From: a bacterium
Lineage (GTDB): Bacteria; Bdellovibrionota; FAC87; UBA2466
Direction: 5' to 3'
Length of the DNA: 27,207 nt
Assembly (NCBI GenBank): GCA_022842225.1
Contig: JALHPX010000002.1
Location: forward strand, 1 to 27,207
In this document: positions 8,758 to 19,757 of the stretch, one piece after another
Layout: each line of letters starts with the position of its first letter
Numbering within the stretch: the stretch's first letter is position 1
Notes under the pieces: generated by a model
The model's input: only the letters and a program-made list of their open reading frames with translations
Database searches by the model: none
Told to the model about the DNA's origin: nothing
Translations under genes and position numbers: made by a program

Positions 8758-10247
8758 TACAGTTCCCCGATAGCGTCGCTAATCGTATTGGCTACTTCGT
8801 GAGCCAGCGTCGAGTAAGTGTGGCCATGACGCTGGGTGAGAATTTCCGAGGCCTTGCCGTGCAAGTAACTAGCAGCACTGGCCGCCGCAAAGGGCTCTGC
8901 ACCTTGTGCCATGAAGCCAGCGGCCACTCCTGCCAGTACGTCTCCCGTTCCGCCCTTAGCAAGTCCCGCATCCCCCGTTGGCACCACTGCCAGAGGTTTG
9001 CCTTTTTCCGCAAGGATCGTCCCCGCACCCTTCAATAGAATTGTGGCACCAAACATTTCCGATAGTGCTTGAGCCGCGCGATATCGATCTCTTTGCACTT
9101 CTTCGACGGAGCTATCGAGTAAGCGCGCTGCTTCTTTAGGATGGGGAGTAAAAAGTGTTTCAGTGCCGGCGCGCAATTTTTGGTAAGTCCCTGCAGGCAT
9201 TTCAGAAATCAAAGTCAGTGCATCTGCGTCGATAACCAGCGGAACTTTGGATTGCAGGCACTCTTCTAAGATCTGCTTAGCCTGTGGACCTGTGCCAAGA
9301 CCCGGTCCGATAACGACGACAGAGCTACCAGGCTGCCATTTTGCCTGATCGGTCAGCACCACTTCCTGCGCGAACAGCGATCGATCGAGCGATTTAGAAT
9401 CTGCGGCCACGAGTTCCGTTAGTCCCGCCCCCGCACGCAACGATCCCAGACACGATAGCGTAGCCGCACCGATCATCGAATGGTCGCCGGCTACGACCGA
9501 CACTTTGCCAAAGCTGCCCTTGTGACTATCGCGCTCTCGCTTGGGCAGCCATGCCCGCACATCCGCGGCATCGAGTAGATAAGCGGCACCTAAACCATCC
9601 GAAAGATCCCGCGGGATCTGAATCGGTGCGACCGTGAGACCGCCTACATAATCCAGCGCCTGGCCCGTTACCAAACCCGTCTTGGCAAAACCGAGAGTGA
9701 CGGTGCGCGACGCGCGCACAGCATTGGATAAGATCTGCCCCGTAGTCGCGTCCATGCCGCTTGGTACGTCGATAGAGAGAATAAATTTGCGGCCGGCGTA
9801 GCCATTAATTGCGGTAATCCACTCGTCAAACGTCCCCTCGGGAGCTCGCGACAGACCCACGCCAAAGATCCCGTCGAGTACCCAATCGGCCGCAGCTAAC
9901 GCTGCTTGGTAGTCTTTTAAGAAGGGAATTCCCAGCTGCTTGGCCATTCCAATTTGTGCAGCCCACAGCGGGGAGGCTTTGGTCTCAGGCGTAATCACAA
10001 TCGAGATCCCGCGCTGGCCGTTGATCCACAGCATGCGCGCTACCGCAATTGCATCCGCCCCGTTATTGCCAGGACCTGCGAAGACAAGCCCGCGAGTGCG
10101 GCCCAAGGCTCGGCCAAAACGCGACGCCAAAGAACCCGCTAGCGCCATCGCCGCGTGCTCCATCAAGATCATTTCGGGAATATGAAAACGTTTTACCGCA
10201 AGAGAATCGATCTCTCGCATTGCATTCGCAGTAACTAAAACCTGCAT
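8757..10247 (-). CDS. nnr: Bifunctional NAD(P)H-hydrate epimerase/dehydratase (YjeF/Nnr)
   Basis: LMEHAA, GPGNNG, DGIFGVGL and SIDVPSG in the YjeF_N part; HKGSFG, GPGLG, DADAL, TPHPKEAARL and GGTGDVLAG in the dehydratase part. Confidence 0.95.
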   Translation of the reverse strand: MQVLVTANAMREIDSLAVKRFHIPEMILMEHAAMALAGSLASRFGRALGRTRGLVFAGPGNNGADAIAVARMLWINGQRGISIVITPETKASPLWAAQIGMAKQLGIPFLKDYQAALAAADWVLDGIFGVGLSRAPEGTFDEWITAINGYAGRKFILSIDVPSGMDATTGQILSNAVRASRTVTLGFAKTGLVTGQALDYVGGLTVAPIQIPRDLSDGLGAAYLLDAADVRAWLPKRERDSHKGSFGKVSVVAGDHSMIGAATLSCLGSLRAGAGLTELVAADSKSLDRSLFAQEVVLTDQAKWQPGSSVVVIGPGLGTGPQAKQILEECLQSKVPLVIDADALTLISEMPAGTYQKLRAGTETLFTPHPKEAARLLDSSVEEVQRDRYRAAQALSEMFGATILLKGAGTILAEKGKPLAVVPTGDAGLAKGGTGDVLAGVAAGFMAQGAEPFAAASAASYLHGKASEILTQRHGHTYSTLAHEVANTISDAIGEL

Positions 10248-10251
10248 GGGA

Positions 10252-11628
10252 CTAACCTAATTGTGCGCGGAGTGTTTGAGAGATTTCGGCGGCAAATGCA
10301 CGAATACGAACATCGTCTTCGCCTTCTACCATTACGCGCGCCAGTGGCTCAGTGCCAGAGTATCGCACTACTACTCGGCCTTTTTGTCCTAGCGCTTTTT
10401 CTACCTTTTTTATCACATCCACAATCGCGGGAACTTCGGATAGCTCGCGCTTGTTGCGGACGATGACGTTTTCCAAAACCTGGGGATACAACGTCACTTG
10501 CTTCTTGAGTTCCGACAACGGTTTGCCGGTTTTTTTCATGATGGAAAGAATGTTGAGTGCGGCAATAATGCCATCGCCAGTCGTGTTGTGATCTAAGAAG
10601 ACTACGTGGCCTGACTGCTCGCCGCCCAGATTGAAACCCTGCGCGCGCATCATTTCAACGATATAACGATCACCGACCTGCGTTTGAACCGTCTTGCCGC
10701 CTGCCGCACGAATGGCGATATCGAGTCCGATATTGCTCATCGGAGTGGTGACGAGCGTGTTCTTTTTCAATCTGCCCTCGGCCAACATATGCAGTCCGCA
10801 AATCGCCAAGACTTGGTCGCCGTCGACAATCTCGCCTTTTTCATCGGATAAAATCAATCGATCGGCATCGCCATCGAGCGCAATGCCAATCTCGGCGCGG
10901 TGGTGGTGCACGGCTTGCGCCATGGCTTGTGGATAGACCGCTCCGCATTGCTCGTTAATATTCATGCCGTTCGGCGAGCAATTGATGGGGAAAACTTCCG
11001 CGCCCAATTCTTCAAATACAATGGGAGCGACCTTATAAGCAGCGCCATTAGCGCAATCCAAGACAACTCGGATGCCTTCTAAGTTTACGTCTTGCGGGAA
11101 GGTGTCTTTCAAATAAACAATGTAGCGACCAATCGCATCGTCGATACGACTGGCGCGACCAATGTGCTCCATGGTCGGGCGAACTTTATCGAGTTCTTCG
11201 GATTGAATGAGACGCTCTACTTCGCGCTCTTTTTCATCCGGCAATTTGTAACCAAAGCGATCAAAGATCTTAATGCCGTTGTATTGATAAGGATTGTGGC
11301 TAGCGGAAATAATCACGCCCGCGTCCGCGCGCATGCTGCGAGTGATAAAGGCAATTCCGGGAGTTGGCAGGGGGCCTACGAGGTATACGCGCGCGCCCAT
11401 CGAGCAAAAGCCCGCGGAGAGTGCGTTCTCTAACATATAGCCTGAGAGCCGGGTGTCCTTGCCGATAACAACTTTGGGGCTGGTGCGACGCGCGTCGCGT
11501 CCGCAGAGCAAGTAGCTCACCGCGCGCCCAATAGCCATCGCGAGCTCACTCGTCATGGGGTATTGATTGGCGATTCCCCGGACTCCATCCGTGCCAAAAA
11601 TTTTCGACTTCGATTTGCCGTTGTCCAT
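10252..11628 (-). CDS. glmM: Phosphoglucosamine mutase
   Basis: [25 protein letters not shown] (phosphoserine), DGDADR (metal loop), [15 protein letters not shown]. Confidence 0.97.
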   Translation of the reverse strand: MDNGKSKSKIFGTDGVRGIANQYPMTSELAMAIGRAVSYLLCGRDARRTSPKVVIGKDTRLSGYMLENALSAGFCSMGARVYLVGPLPTPGIAFITRSMRADAGVIISASHNPYQYNGIKIFDRFGYKLPDEKEREVERLIQSEELDKVRPTMEHIGRASRIDDAIGRYIVYLKDTFPQDVNLEGIRVVLDCANGAAYKVAPIVFEELGAEVFPINCSPNGMNINEQCGAVYPQAMAQAVHHHRAEIGIALDGDADRLILSDEKGEIVDGDQVLAICGLHMLAEGRLKKNTLVTTPMSNIGLDIAIRAAGGKTVQTQVGDRYIVEMMRAQGFNLGGEQSGHVVFLDHNTTGDGIIAALNILSIMKKTGKPLSELKKQVTLYPQVLENVIVRNKRELSEVPAIVDVIKKVEKALGQKGRVVVRYSGTEPLARVMVEGEDDVRIRAFAAEISQTLRAQLG

Positions 11629-11631
11629 GGC

Positions 11632-12327
11632 CTACTTTTTCTTTTTAAAGCGTATTTTGACCTGGACAGTCTTATCACCGGTGAGCTGCAATTTCTGCAT
11701 TTTGTCGACTTCCAGCCCAATTTCCGTGGACTGCGCCGAACCATCTGCAGCTAATGCAATGGGTTCCGTGGGGATAAATTCCAAGCCTTCTACAGCCGAT
11801 TTAGGTCCTAAAATAGCCACCTTAGCGGGAATCACGGTGGCGACAGCTTCCATCCCCGCCGGTGGCTCCCCTTGTAAAATAGGACGGACGATAATGGATT
11901 TTTGCGCCACTTTCTCTAAACGAATTTGTACCATCGCGGGGGAGAAGCTTACGACGCGCACGCCTGTGGGCAATTCGCCAATCAGGTCTTCTCGGATGGG
12001 GAAGCCCACCACGCCCTCTTGGGCCTGACGGTAATCAGGCTGAATAGCGCTGATGCCCTGCTCTACTTTTTTCAAAAGCACCCGGGGGCCCGACAGAGTG
12101 AAAGTAATGTAGTTGGGGATCTCGTTGGTGATGATGACATCGGGGGAATGGAGCGGCTTTAAGAGCACGCGTTTTTCCAGTTCTTCTTTTTTGAAACCCA
12201 AAATCGTAATCCAAAGAATCAGCGCCAGGAGCAAGCTCACGGCTTTAAGTGCAAAGCTTTCGCTCCACGACAAGGAGCCGTGTTGGCTACTCAAAAATCG
12301 GCGCAAAGCTAAGAGAAAGGTCTTCAT
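11632..12327 (-). CDS. cdaR: CdaR/YbbR-like regulator of diadenylate cyclase
   Basis: Single N-terminal TM (LKAVSLLLALILWITI), YbbR-like beta repeats (ITFTLSGPR; PAKVAILGP), position between cdaA and glmM. Confidence 0.85.
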   Translation of the reverse strand: MKTFLLALRRFLSSQHGSLSWSESFALKAVSLLLALILWITILGFKKEELEKRVLLKPLHSPDVIITNEIPNYITFTLSGPRVLLKKVEQGISAIQPDYRQAQEGVVGFPIREDLIGELPTGVRVVSFSPAMVQIRLEKVAQKSIIVRPILQGEPPAGMEAVATVIPAKVAILGPKSAVEGLEFIPTEPIALAADGSAQSTEIGLEVDKMQKLQLTGDKTVQVKIRFKKKK

Positions 12328-13139
12328 GATTGGCCCCTTTCTGTTTCACGCGTTTCTTGTTTGCGCAGACCCAAAAGTTCCAATAGCTGATGACGCAGCC
12401 CGTTCACATCCAAGTCGCGAACGATCTGACCATGGTGCACCAGCGACATTTCACCACGCTCCTCGGACACCACGATGACGACTGCATCCGTCTCTTGCGT
12501 TAAACCGATAGCGGCTCTGTGACGAGTGCCGAGCTCTCGGTGCACGTTTGGATCGCGCGTAATGGGCAATAGGCAGCCCGCTGAAGTGATTCTAGAGCCA
12601 CGTATGATCAAAGCTCCATCGTGAATTGGCGACGACGGATGGAAGATAGAGATAATCAGATCGGTGCTGACGCGGGAGTCAATCAGCGTGCCTGCTTCGA
12701 TGTAATTCTTCAGTCCCGTCTCGCGTTCCAAAACAATCAACGCACCGACGCGCTGGTGCGCCAACGCAGTCGCAGCTTGGCAAATATCTTCGATGATTGC
12801 CACTTCTTCGATCGTATTCGTGCCTGCAAAAAACGGATTTCGGCCTACTTGCGTGAGCGCTTTACGGATCTCGTCCTGGAAGACGATGATCAAAATCAAA
12901 ATGAGGTTGTTGAAGAACTCCACGAGGACCGTGTGCAAGGTGTGAAAGCGCAGCTTGTCGGCGAGGAAATAAAAAATCAAAATGATGCCGAAACCTGTCA
13001 GCATCTGGACTGCGCGCGTTCCACGGATCAAAAGTAAAACGCGGTACACAATGATCGTGACCAGCAAGATATCTACAAGATCTTGCCAGCGAATAATCTC
13101 GCGGATGTCCGTGAAAAATTGTTGAAAATCTAAGAGCAT
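12324..13139 (-). CDS. cdaA: Diadenylate cyclase CdaA (DisA_N/DAC domain, membrane anchored)
   Basis: N-terminal TMs (DLVDILLV...), GALIV, catalytic HDGA and GTRHRAA motifs, VVSEERG. Confidence 0.95.
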   Translation of the reverse strand: MLLDFQQFFTDIREIIRWQDLVDILLVTIIVYRVLLLIRGTRAVQMLTGFGIILIFYFLADKLRFHTLHTVLVEFFNNLILILIIVFQDEIRKALTQVGRNPFFAGTNTIEEVAIIEDICQAATALAHQRVGALIVLERETGLKNYIEAGTLIDSRVSTDLIISIFHPSSPIHDGALIIRGSRITSAGCLLPITRDPNVHRELGTRHRAAIGLTQETDAVVIVVSEERGEMSLVHHGQIVRDLDVNGLRHQLLELLGLRKQETRETERGQS

Positions 13140-13236
13140 AGAAAGTTTCGTGGACCACTCTGGTCCATTACAAACGAATACACTGCTACATTAGATTTCG
13201 GCAAGTTACGGAAATACTTTAGGAATATAAGGTCGG

Positions 13237-15120
<1,884 letters not shown>

Positions 15121-15270
15121 ATTTGAAGGACCCTTCTGAAGGTCTCTTCGGTATTTTCCCGAGATCGCTGAATGCTAGATAAAAGAATAGTGAACCGCGA
15201 CTCCCCCTTTTTTGGATGCGATTGTAAGTACTCTTGTTTACAGGTGTTTAAAGCCGCCTGGAAAAATTCA

Positions 15271-16563
15271 CTAGCTTTGTAGGAATGGGAAGTCACACCG
15301 CGCCGTGGAAACTTCCAGCAGAGATTCCTCGCTGCCTAAGTACCAAAGGACTTGGGAGGTGGAGGGTCTTGCTAATACCGGAATGAGTTTTCGTTCGGGT
15401 GCGGGAATGCGACGGCGCTGGAAAATCTCTTTGAGTTTTTTGCCGGAACTGGCCAGGCGGTCACCTGCTTCAAAGTAGCGAGCTTCCCAGCTATTCTCTA
15501 AGTTCGGCACGAGAATTTTCAAGTCGGTCTTGATTTCTTCGAAATGAAAAATTCCGTTTTCGCCGCGTTCAGGGGAAGCCTCGGGAGCCTCTTTATCGAG
15601 CAACAAGTACCAATACCCCATCGACACGCGCACTTTGATGCCGTCTTTTAGATGAAAGCGTTTTTGTCCTTGTCGAATATGTTTCAGCCAAAGTTTGAGC
15701 TGTTTGCGGCAAACTGTCTTCCCCAAGAAGCGTTCGCTCATTTGATTGAGCACATGCGCTTTGAGTGGCTTGGGCACCTGGTCCCACGCTTCGCAAGAAA
15801 CGCGCACCCAGAACGGCGTTTGCACGGCTAATTCATCGACAAGTCGTTTTACTTGTTCGTCGAGGTAATCCTGCACCTCGACCCCGCGACGGCACCACTC
15901 CGATACATTGTCCAAAGCCGCTTGGCGGGACATGCCGAAATTCTCCGCCACTTGCAGCAACTCTTGCGCAGCCCCATGCCGAATTGCATTGCGAAAATAG
16001 CGCGCATTGTAATTAGAAAGATCCTGCCGATAAGCGACGGCGTTTTTCTTGGCGTAGTGTTCGATGCTCTCGCGCGAGACGGTTAGCAGCGGTCGCAACC
16101 ACCTACCCGCCCTTTCCCGAATTCCGCCCATGCCGCGCCAGTCGGTGCCGCGCAATAGACGCATCAAGACTGTCTCCAACTGATCATTAGCGTGGTGTGC
16201 GGTGCAGATGAAATCAAAATCGTGTTTCTCGGCAATCGATTCCATGAATTCGCGCCGCAGATTGCGCAGCACCTCTTCTGGAGCGGGGCCGATTTGGTGA
16301 CGGCTGCCTTGATAGAACTCAACGCCCAAATCTTCGCTAGCTTTGCGCACGAGCGAAGCATCTTCTTCGTTCTCTTTGCCACGAGTGCGGTGGTTAAAAT
16401 GAGCCACCGCAAAATCTTCTTTTGAGAATTCCTGCGCTACCGCGTGCAGCAGCACCATGGAATCCATGCCGCCTGATACAGCAATGAGAAAGCGGGGTTT
16501 GACCGGGATGCCATCGGGTCCATCAATTTTGTGAGGAAGTTTTAGTTTTAGCTCGGTGCTCAT
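15271..16563 (-). CDS. tilS: tRNA(Ile)-lysidine synthase
   Basis: AVSGGMDS PP-loop, AHFNHRTR, TAHHANDQLETVLMRLLRG, RPLL, D.SN...YFRN.IRH; TilS_C-like KKLKEIFQRRRIP.PER. Confidence 0.95.
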   Translation of the reverse strand: MSTELKLKLPHKIDGPDGIPVKPRFLIAVSGGMDSMVLLHAVAQEFSKEDFAVAHFNHRTRGKENEEDASLVRKASEDLGVEFYQGSRHQIGPAPEEVLRNLRREFMESIAEKHDFDFICTAHHANDQLETVLMRLLRGTDWRGMGGIRERAGRWLRPLLTVSRESIEHYAKKNAVAYRQDLSNYNARYFRNAIRHGAAQELLQVAENFGMSRQAALDNVSEWCRRGVEVQDYLDEQVKRLVDELAVQTPFWVRVSCEAWDQVPKPLKAHVLNQMSERFLGKTVCRKQLKLWLKHIRQGQKRFHLKDGIKVRVSMGYWYLLLDKEAPEASPERGENGIFHFEEIKTDLKILVPNLENSWEARYFEAGDRLASSGKKLKEIFQRRRIPAPERKLIPVLARPSTSQVLWYLGSEESLLEVSTARCDFPFLQS

Positions 16564-16652
16564 AGACCTATTGACAGGGATACTGGATCTTGGGGTGGGC
16601 CGTCAAAGCAGCGAAGCGTCACAACCAAGCGGTTGGCTTCAATGAAAGAAAA

Positions 16653-17033
16653 TTAAGCAGGTCTCATGTGCTTCTCGAGCCAGCCGGCAATGGTCTCGAG
16701 ACCGACTTTTTTCTCAATCAGTGATTCGATAATGAATCGTTCGCCGTTATCCGGTTCCACTTTAAGTCGGTAACCATTCATTCGGAGAAAAATAGCAGTC
16801 GTGGCGAAGGCAACCCGTTTGTTGCCATCCACAAAAGCATGGTTTTGGGCTAGGCTTTGAAGCAAGGCAGCAGATTCAAGCGACAGAGTCTTATAATATC
16901 CCGTTTGGGGGCGCTGTAGAGCGCTCTCCAATAACCCTAAATCCCGCACGCCGCCTGCACCTCCAAAGCGCTCGATCAGCTGATCATGAAGGACCAAGAC
17001 TTCTTGTAGCGTGGGATACAGAGTGACTTTCAT
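16653..17033 (-). CDS. doc: Doc (death-on-curing) family Fic-fold toxin
   Basis: GGAGGVRDLGLLESALQRP and HAFVDGNKRVA (Doc-type NKR); ATGA overlap with the antitoxin. Confidence 0.93.
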   Translation of the reverse strand: MKVTLYPTLQEVLVLHDQLIERFGGAGGVRDLGLLESALQRPQTGYYKTLSLESAALLQSLAQNHAFVDGNKRVAFATTAIFLRMNGYRLKVEPDNGERFIIESLIEKKVGLETIAGWLEKHMRPA

Positions 17034-17242
17034 TTAGCTAATCGCTTTAAAAGCTCAGAATGGTCCTTCAAAACCTCTTCCATTGCGCTTCCAAAGGCAG
17101 GTCGCACCTGCACACGCTGTAAATATTGCGCCACGGCCTCTGTCACAACGCCTGAAATGCTACGGTCAGAGGCCGCAGCAAAGCGCTTTAGATCTCGAAG
17201 AACCGTCTCGTCTATTTGGGTGGCAAACTTCTTCAGCTTCAT
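17030..17242 (-). CDS. Ribbon-helix-helix (CopG-like) antitoxin of Doc
   Basis: MKLKKFATQIDETVLRDLKRFAAASDRSISGVVTEAVAQYL fits beta-helix-helix; the C-terminal helix HSELLKRLAK resembles Doc-neutralising tails. Start at ATG 17242, directly downstream of the promoter. Confidence 0.85.
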   Translation of the reverse strand: MKLKKFATQIDETVLRDLKRFAAASDRSISGVVTEAVAQYLQRVQVRPAFGSAMEEVLKDHSELLKRLAK

Positions 17243-17271
17243 GACCTGGAATATATCATGACAGTTCATGA
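17239..17271. promoter_or_regulatory. Three TCATGA palindromes, candidate antitoxin operator
   Basis: TCATGA at 17239-17244, 17256-17261 and 17266-17271, overlapping the promoter spacer and the start codon. Confidence 0.6.
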
Positions 17272-17279
17272 AATGTCAA
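17250..17279 (-). promoter_or_regulatory. sigma70 promoter of the TA operon (TTGACA-18-TATATT, extended -10 TG)
   Basis: Minus strand reads TTGACA TTTCATGAACTGTCATGA TATATT CCAGGTC ATG. Confidence 0.75.
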
Positions 17280-17317
17280 GAATTTGAGTGTACCGAGAAA
17301 AACGGGGGCTGCGGCGA

Positions 17318-18190
17318 CTACATCTCGTCTTCGGGGTTCTCTTCGCCGCCGCCTTCATCTCCACCGCCGGAATCGCCCTCTTCTTCCTCTTCAAGGGTTG
17401 CTGCTTCTTCTTCCTCAGCTTCTACAGGGCGAGCTTTTTTGCGTTTAATTGCGGTGCGTTTTGGTCCGCCAATATCCGCTTCTTCTTCATCAATCTCTCC
17501 GCGATCGGCATCACGGTTATCATCTAAATTCGGATCGATGGAACGGGGACGCGACAAAGGCGCTGGCGCTGCTTGAGTGGCCAGCGGCGGTGCGACGGGC
17601 CGGGTTTGCGCCGGTATCCGCGCGGGCACTTGTACCGAAGCCGGCTGCTGCAACATTTTAGGAGCGGCCACTGGAACGGGTTCTGCTTTTTTGTAGAACG
17701 CAAAGTAGTAAGCACCGACGACACAAACTAGTCCCGCAAATGCGGTCCGCATCCGAGGCAGGAATTCAGAGGGCTGGCGTGCGCTCTTTTCAAATTCTTC
17801 GGGTTGGAAACTAGTATCGATTTGATTTGAATTGCTGGTGGAATGCGGCAAGAGATCTTCTGGCGCAATGTCCTGCCAGTTTTCGGGAAGTGCTTTAAGT
17901 GCAGCCGCGCGCTGTTCTTCGGCAGAGAGTGTTTTGCGGCGGTCCGAATTTTCTTTGGTGTTGGTAGCGTTGACGGGCTGAAGGCCGGCGCGTCTGTCAA
18001 ATTCGACGTACTGCCAAATCAGTTTCCATTCGCTCTTCTTACCGTTGGCTTCCGCAACGACGCTGGCTAAGTCATTTCGGCGAATGACTCCCTTGGTAAG
18101 TAGTTCGCGGATCTCTTCGGCTGAAAAAGGTCCCTTGGGAGCCTTATTCAAAAGCACGATCCAACGACGGTTTGTATCCAACTCCCCCAT
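17318..18190 (-). CDS. GYF_2 (DUF4339)-like domain membrane protein with Pro-rich linker and acidic tail
   Basis: N-terminal WIVLLNKAPKGPFSAEEIRELLTKGVI...EWK; one TM (AFAGLVCVVGAYYFAFY); P/A/Q-rich linker; E/D/G-rich C-terminus. Confidence 0.7.
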   Translation of the reverse strand: MGELDTNRRWIVLLNKAPKGPFSAEEIRELLTKGVIRRNDLASVVAEANGKKSEWKLIWQYVEFDRRAGLQPVNATNTKENSDRRKTLSAEEQRAAALKALPENWQDIAPEDLLPHSTSNSNQIDTSFQPEEFEKSARQPSEFLPRMRTAFAGLVCVVGAYYFAFYKKAEPVPVAAPKMLQQPASVQVPARIPAQTRPVAPPLATQAAPAPLSRPRSIDPNLDDNRDADRGEIDEEEADIGGPKRTAIKRKKARPVEAEEEEAATLEEEEEGDSGGGDEGGGEENPEDEM

Positions 18191-18232
18191 GCATCCTCTT
18201 TGGGAAGGGGGCGGAAAGCTACCGTCCTTGGG

Positions 18233-19033
18233 CTAGCCGCGAATTAGTTCCAATATCGGTGAGTGCAAGATGCCATTCGTGGCAACTAACTCACCCGAGT
18301 CTACTACTGTCGGATTGCCGCGGTAGTCAGTGACCTTACCTCCGGCTTCCTCGATCAAAATCATTCCTGCGGCGACGTCCCAGCTGCTTAAGCCTCTTTC
18401 CCAGAAGCCGTCGTAGATGCCACACGACATGTACGCTAAGTCCATCGCTGCCGATCCAGGACGTCTCACTCCGAGTGCTTTGTCCTGAACCTTTCTAAAA
18501 ATCTCTACTTCTTCAGCGAGCTTCTTGCCGGTGGTGTAATAAAACCCCGTTCCCAGCAAGGCGTCGCGCAATTCTGTTGTTTTCGACACAGTTATCTTTT
18601 TACCGTTCCGTGTCGCTCCCCGACCCTTCTCCGCGTAGAAAAGTTCCTTCGTCAGCGGCTGGTAAATCACTCCCGCGCGAGGCTTTCCATTCTCGTGCAC
18701 TGCAATCGAGACGCAGAACCACGGGAAACCATGGGCATAATTCGTCGTGCCGTCGAGCGGGTCTAAAATCCAGACTAATTCACCCGTGCCGGCGTGCTTT
18801 CCGGTTTCTTCTGTAATGATCGTACTTTTGGGGAAATTCTTGAATATTTTCTGCAGCGCATACTTTTCGGACTTGTGGTCGGCCTCGGTAACTAGGCCTG
18901 CGCCCTCTTTCCGATCGATATAGGCAACTTTGCCAAAATACTTGAGATGGATCTTGCCGACTCCCAATGCCAAGTCGCAGAGGAATTTTTTTAACTTTGC
19001 GGAACTAAGAGCCTTCGAAGTTGGAGCTGCCAT
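18233..19033 (-). CDS. suhB: Inositol monophosphatase family protein SuhB
   Basis: LVTEAD..SE, WILDPLDGTTNYAHG, RRPGSAAMDLAYMSCG..DGFWE, WDVAAG. Confidence 0.92.
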   Translation of the reverse strand: MAAPTSKALSSAKLKKFLCDLALGVGKIHLKYFGKVAYIDRKEGAGLVTEADHKSEKYALQKIFKNFPKSTIITEETGKHAGTGELVWILDPLDGTTNYAHGFPWFCVSIAVHENGKPRAGVIYQPLTKELFYAEKGRGATRNGKKITVSKTTELRDALLGTGFYYTTGKKLAEEVEIFRKVQDKALGVRRPGSAAMDLAYMSCGIYDGFWERGLSSWDVAAGMILIEEAGGKVTDYRGNPTVVDSGELVATNGILHSPILELIRG

Positions 19034-19082
19034 GAAAGCCTTATACTCGCGTGAGTAGCCCGGGTATAGCTCGAAGCTTATA

Positions 19083-19652
19083 TCAGGTGCCGTTCTTAAC
19101 TTGGCGCTTGGCCGAGTCCGAGATTTGCTTCATTTCCTTTTCCGCATCCCGCGCGGCTTGGCGGCGGAGTTGATCTTCGCGCTCGCGGTTCTGCTCTAGC
19201 TTGCGTTCAAATTCTTTCTTCTGGAAACGTTCAATCTCTTCTTGTCGGATCGCTGCTGAGATCTGCTTCTCCATGTCGTCGATTCCGCCTTTTAAGAACT
19301 CCAAGAACGCTTCATCGTCGTATGGCACGGGCTTGAGAGGCTCTTTTTGCTGACGATAAAAGCACAAAGTTTTTTGCACCATGATGTCGACGGGATTGCG
19401 CTCGCGACCAATTCGAATGGTCTCAGCCACTTTTTCTCTCAAAGCCATTAAACGAAAGATGCGTTTGGAAAGCGCGTTCTCTGTGAGCAAATTTCCGCGC
19501 GCGACCGAGTCCAAGAAGCGAATAAAAGGATCTGTATCGGGCAATAGTTCCGAGCAAGCCATGGGCAGGAGAAAGACCGGAGGCCCCGCGGGTGCGGCAA
19601 TGGCTCCGGAGAGTGTAAGAGTCATCAAACCAGCTAAAAAGAGTTGGCGCAT
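19083..19652 (-). CDS. Hypothetical secreted protein with C-terminal charged coiled-coil
   Basis: ATG 19652 with GGAG 6 nt upstream; signal peptide MRQLFLAGLMTLTLSGAIA; two Cys; E/K/R-rich helical tail. Confidence 0.65.
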   Translation of the reverse strand: MRQLFLAGLMTLTLSGAIAAPAGPPVFLLPMACSELLPDTDPFIRFLDSVARGNLLTENALSKRIFRLMALREKVAETIRIGRERNPVDIMVQKTLCFYRQQKEPLKPVPYDDEAFLEFLKGGIDDMEKQISAAIRQEEIERFQKKEFERKLEQNREREDQLRRQAARDAEKEMKQISDSAKRQVKNGT

Positions 19653-19757
19653 AGCGTGCTCCATAAAGGGATATCCACTAGCATATTCCGGAGTGCAGAG
19701 ATTTACCAACACCGGAGAGACGAATTACCGACTCAAAGTGCAACGCGTCAGCGCCGG

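Noticed and set aside
13151-13167. TGGACCA-CTC-TGGTCCA palindrome upstream of cdaA
   Set aside because: Short 7-bp stem with no U-tract; cannot be told apart from chance or assigned as terminator or operator.
16571-16640. TTGACA/TTGACG hexamers and CAACC-AAGC-GGTTG hairpin between doc and tilS
   Set aside because: No convincing -10 at the correct spacing; the hairpin is weak and lacks a U-run, so neither promoter nor terminator is supported.
17243-17269. Longer 79-aa antitoxin start at 17269
   Set aside because: That ATG lies inside the promoter spacer between the -35 and -10 boxes.
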